Below the pieces are notes generated by a model. That model was not told the DNA's origin and did not search any database. It saw nothing but the letters and a program-made list of their open reading frames with translations. DNA of 63,546 nucleotides, the filler included, from Octopus bimaculoides (lineage: Eukaryota), in the NCBI RefSeq assembly GCF_001194135.2. It is 3 parts of 3 records of this genome, joined end to end, with 100 filler letters (N's around TTAATTAATTAA, not from the genome) between each part and the next. Parts side by side here need not be neighbours in the genome. Positions count along the whole stretch, not along the records: positions 36,826 to 63,546 come from NC_068985.1; 2 more parts are not named here. One strand, 5' to 3'. The number at the start of each line of letters is the position of its first letter. The stretch's first letter is position 1. Below, in pieces: positions 63,513 through 63,546 of the stretch. Both the position numbers and the translations under genes were made by a program.

Positions 63513-63546
63513 ATGTCTCTCTCTGTTTTATATATATAAAACAGAG

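Noticed and set aside
1-63546. CRISPR arrays, rRNA genes, prokaryotic operons
   Set aside because: No regularly spaced repeat-spacer arrays or rRNA-like sequence; the DNA is eukaryotic and repeat-dominated.

Overview
AT-rich, microsatellite-dense eukaryotic genomic DNA with many N gaps. The SINE/MITE/Penelope repertoire looks like an octopus (coleoid cephalopod) draft assembly; this is inferred from recognising the repeat sequences, not from a database search. The window is three sequence blocks (1-18310, 18411-36725, 36826-63546) joined by two identical artificial 100-bp spacers (44 N + TTAATTAATTAA + 44 N). Most of it is transposon debris: several tRNA-derived SINE families, two decayed mariner elements, a Chapaev3-like DNA transposon with an intact Zn-finger ORF, piggyBac- and hAT-like MITEs, CR1-, RTE-, Tx1/L1- and R4/Dong-type LINE fragments, and many Penelope-like elements (PLEs). 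The PLE terminal repeats carry minimal type I hammerhead ribozyme motifs; the most intact are at 58851-58898 (-) and 50517-50564 (+). The only host-gene evidence is a signal-peptide exon (3359-3475) and a phase-compatible exon (27981-28263) that would encode a secreted or membrane protein I do not recognise, plus weaker exon candidates. Several long inverted repeats could form dsRNA. Almost all ORFs in the supplied track are microsatellite or gap artefacts. Repeat boundaries and similarity estimates were read by eye and are approximate.
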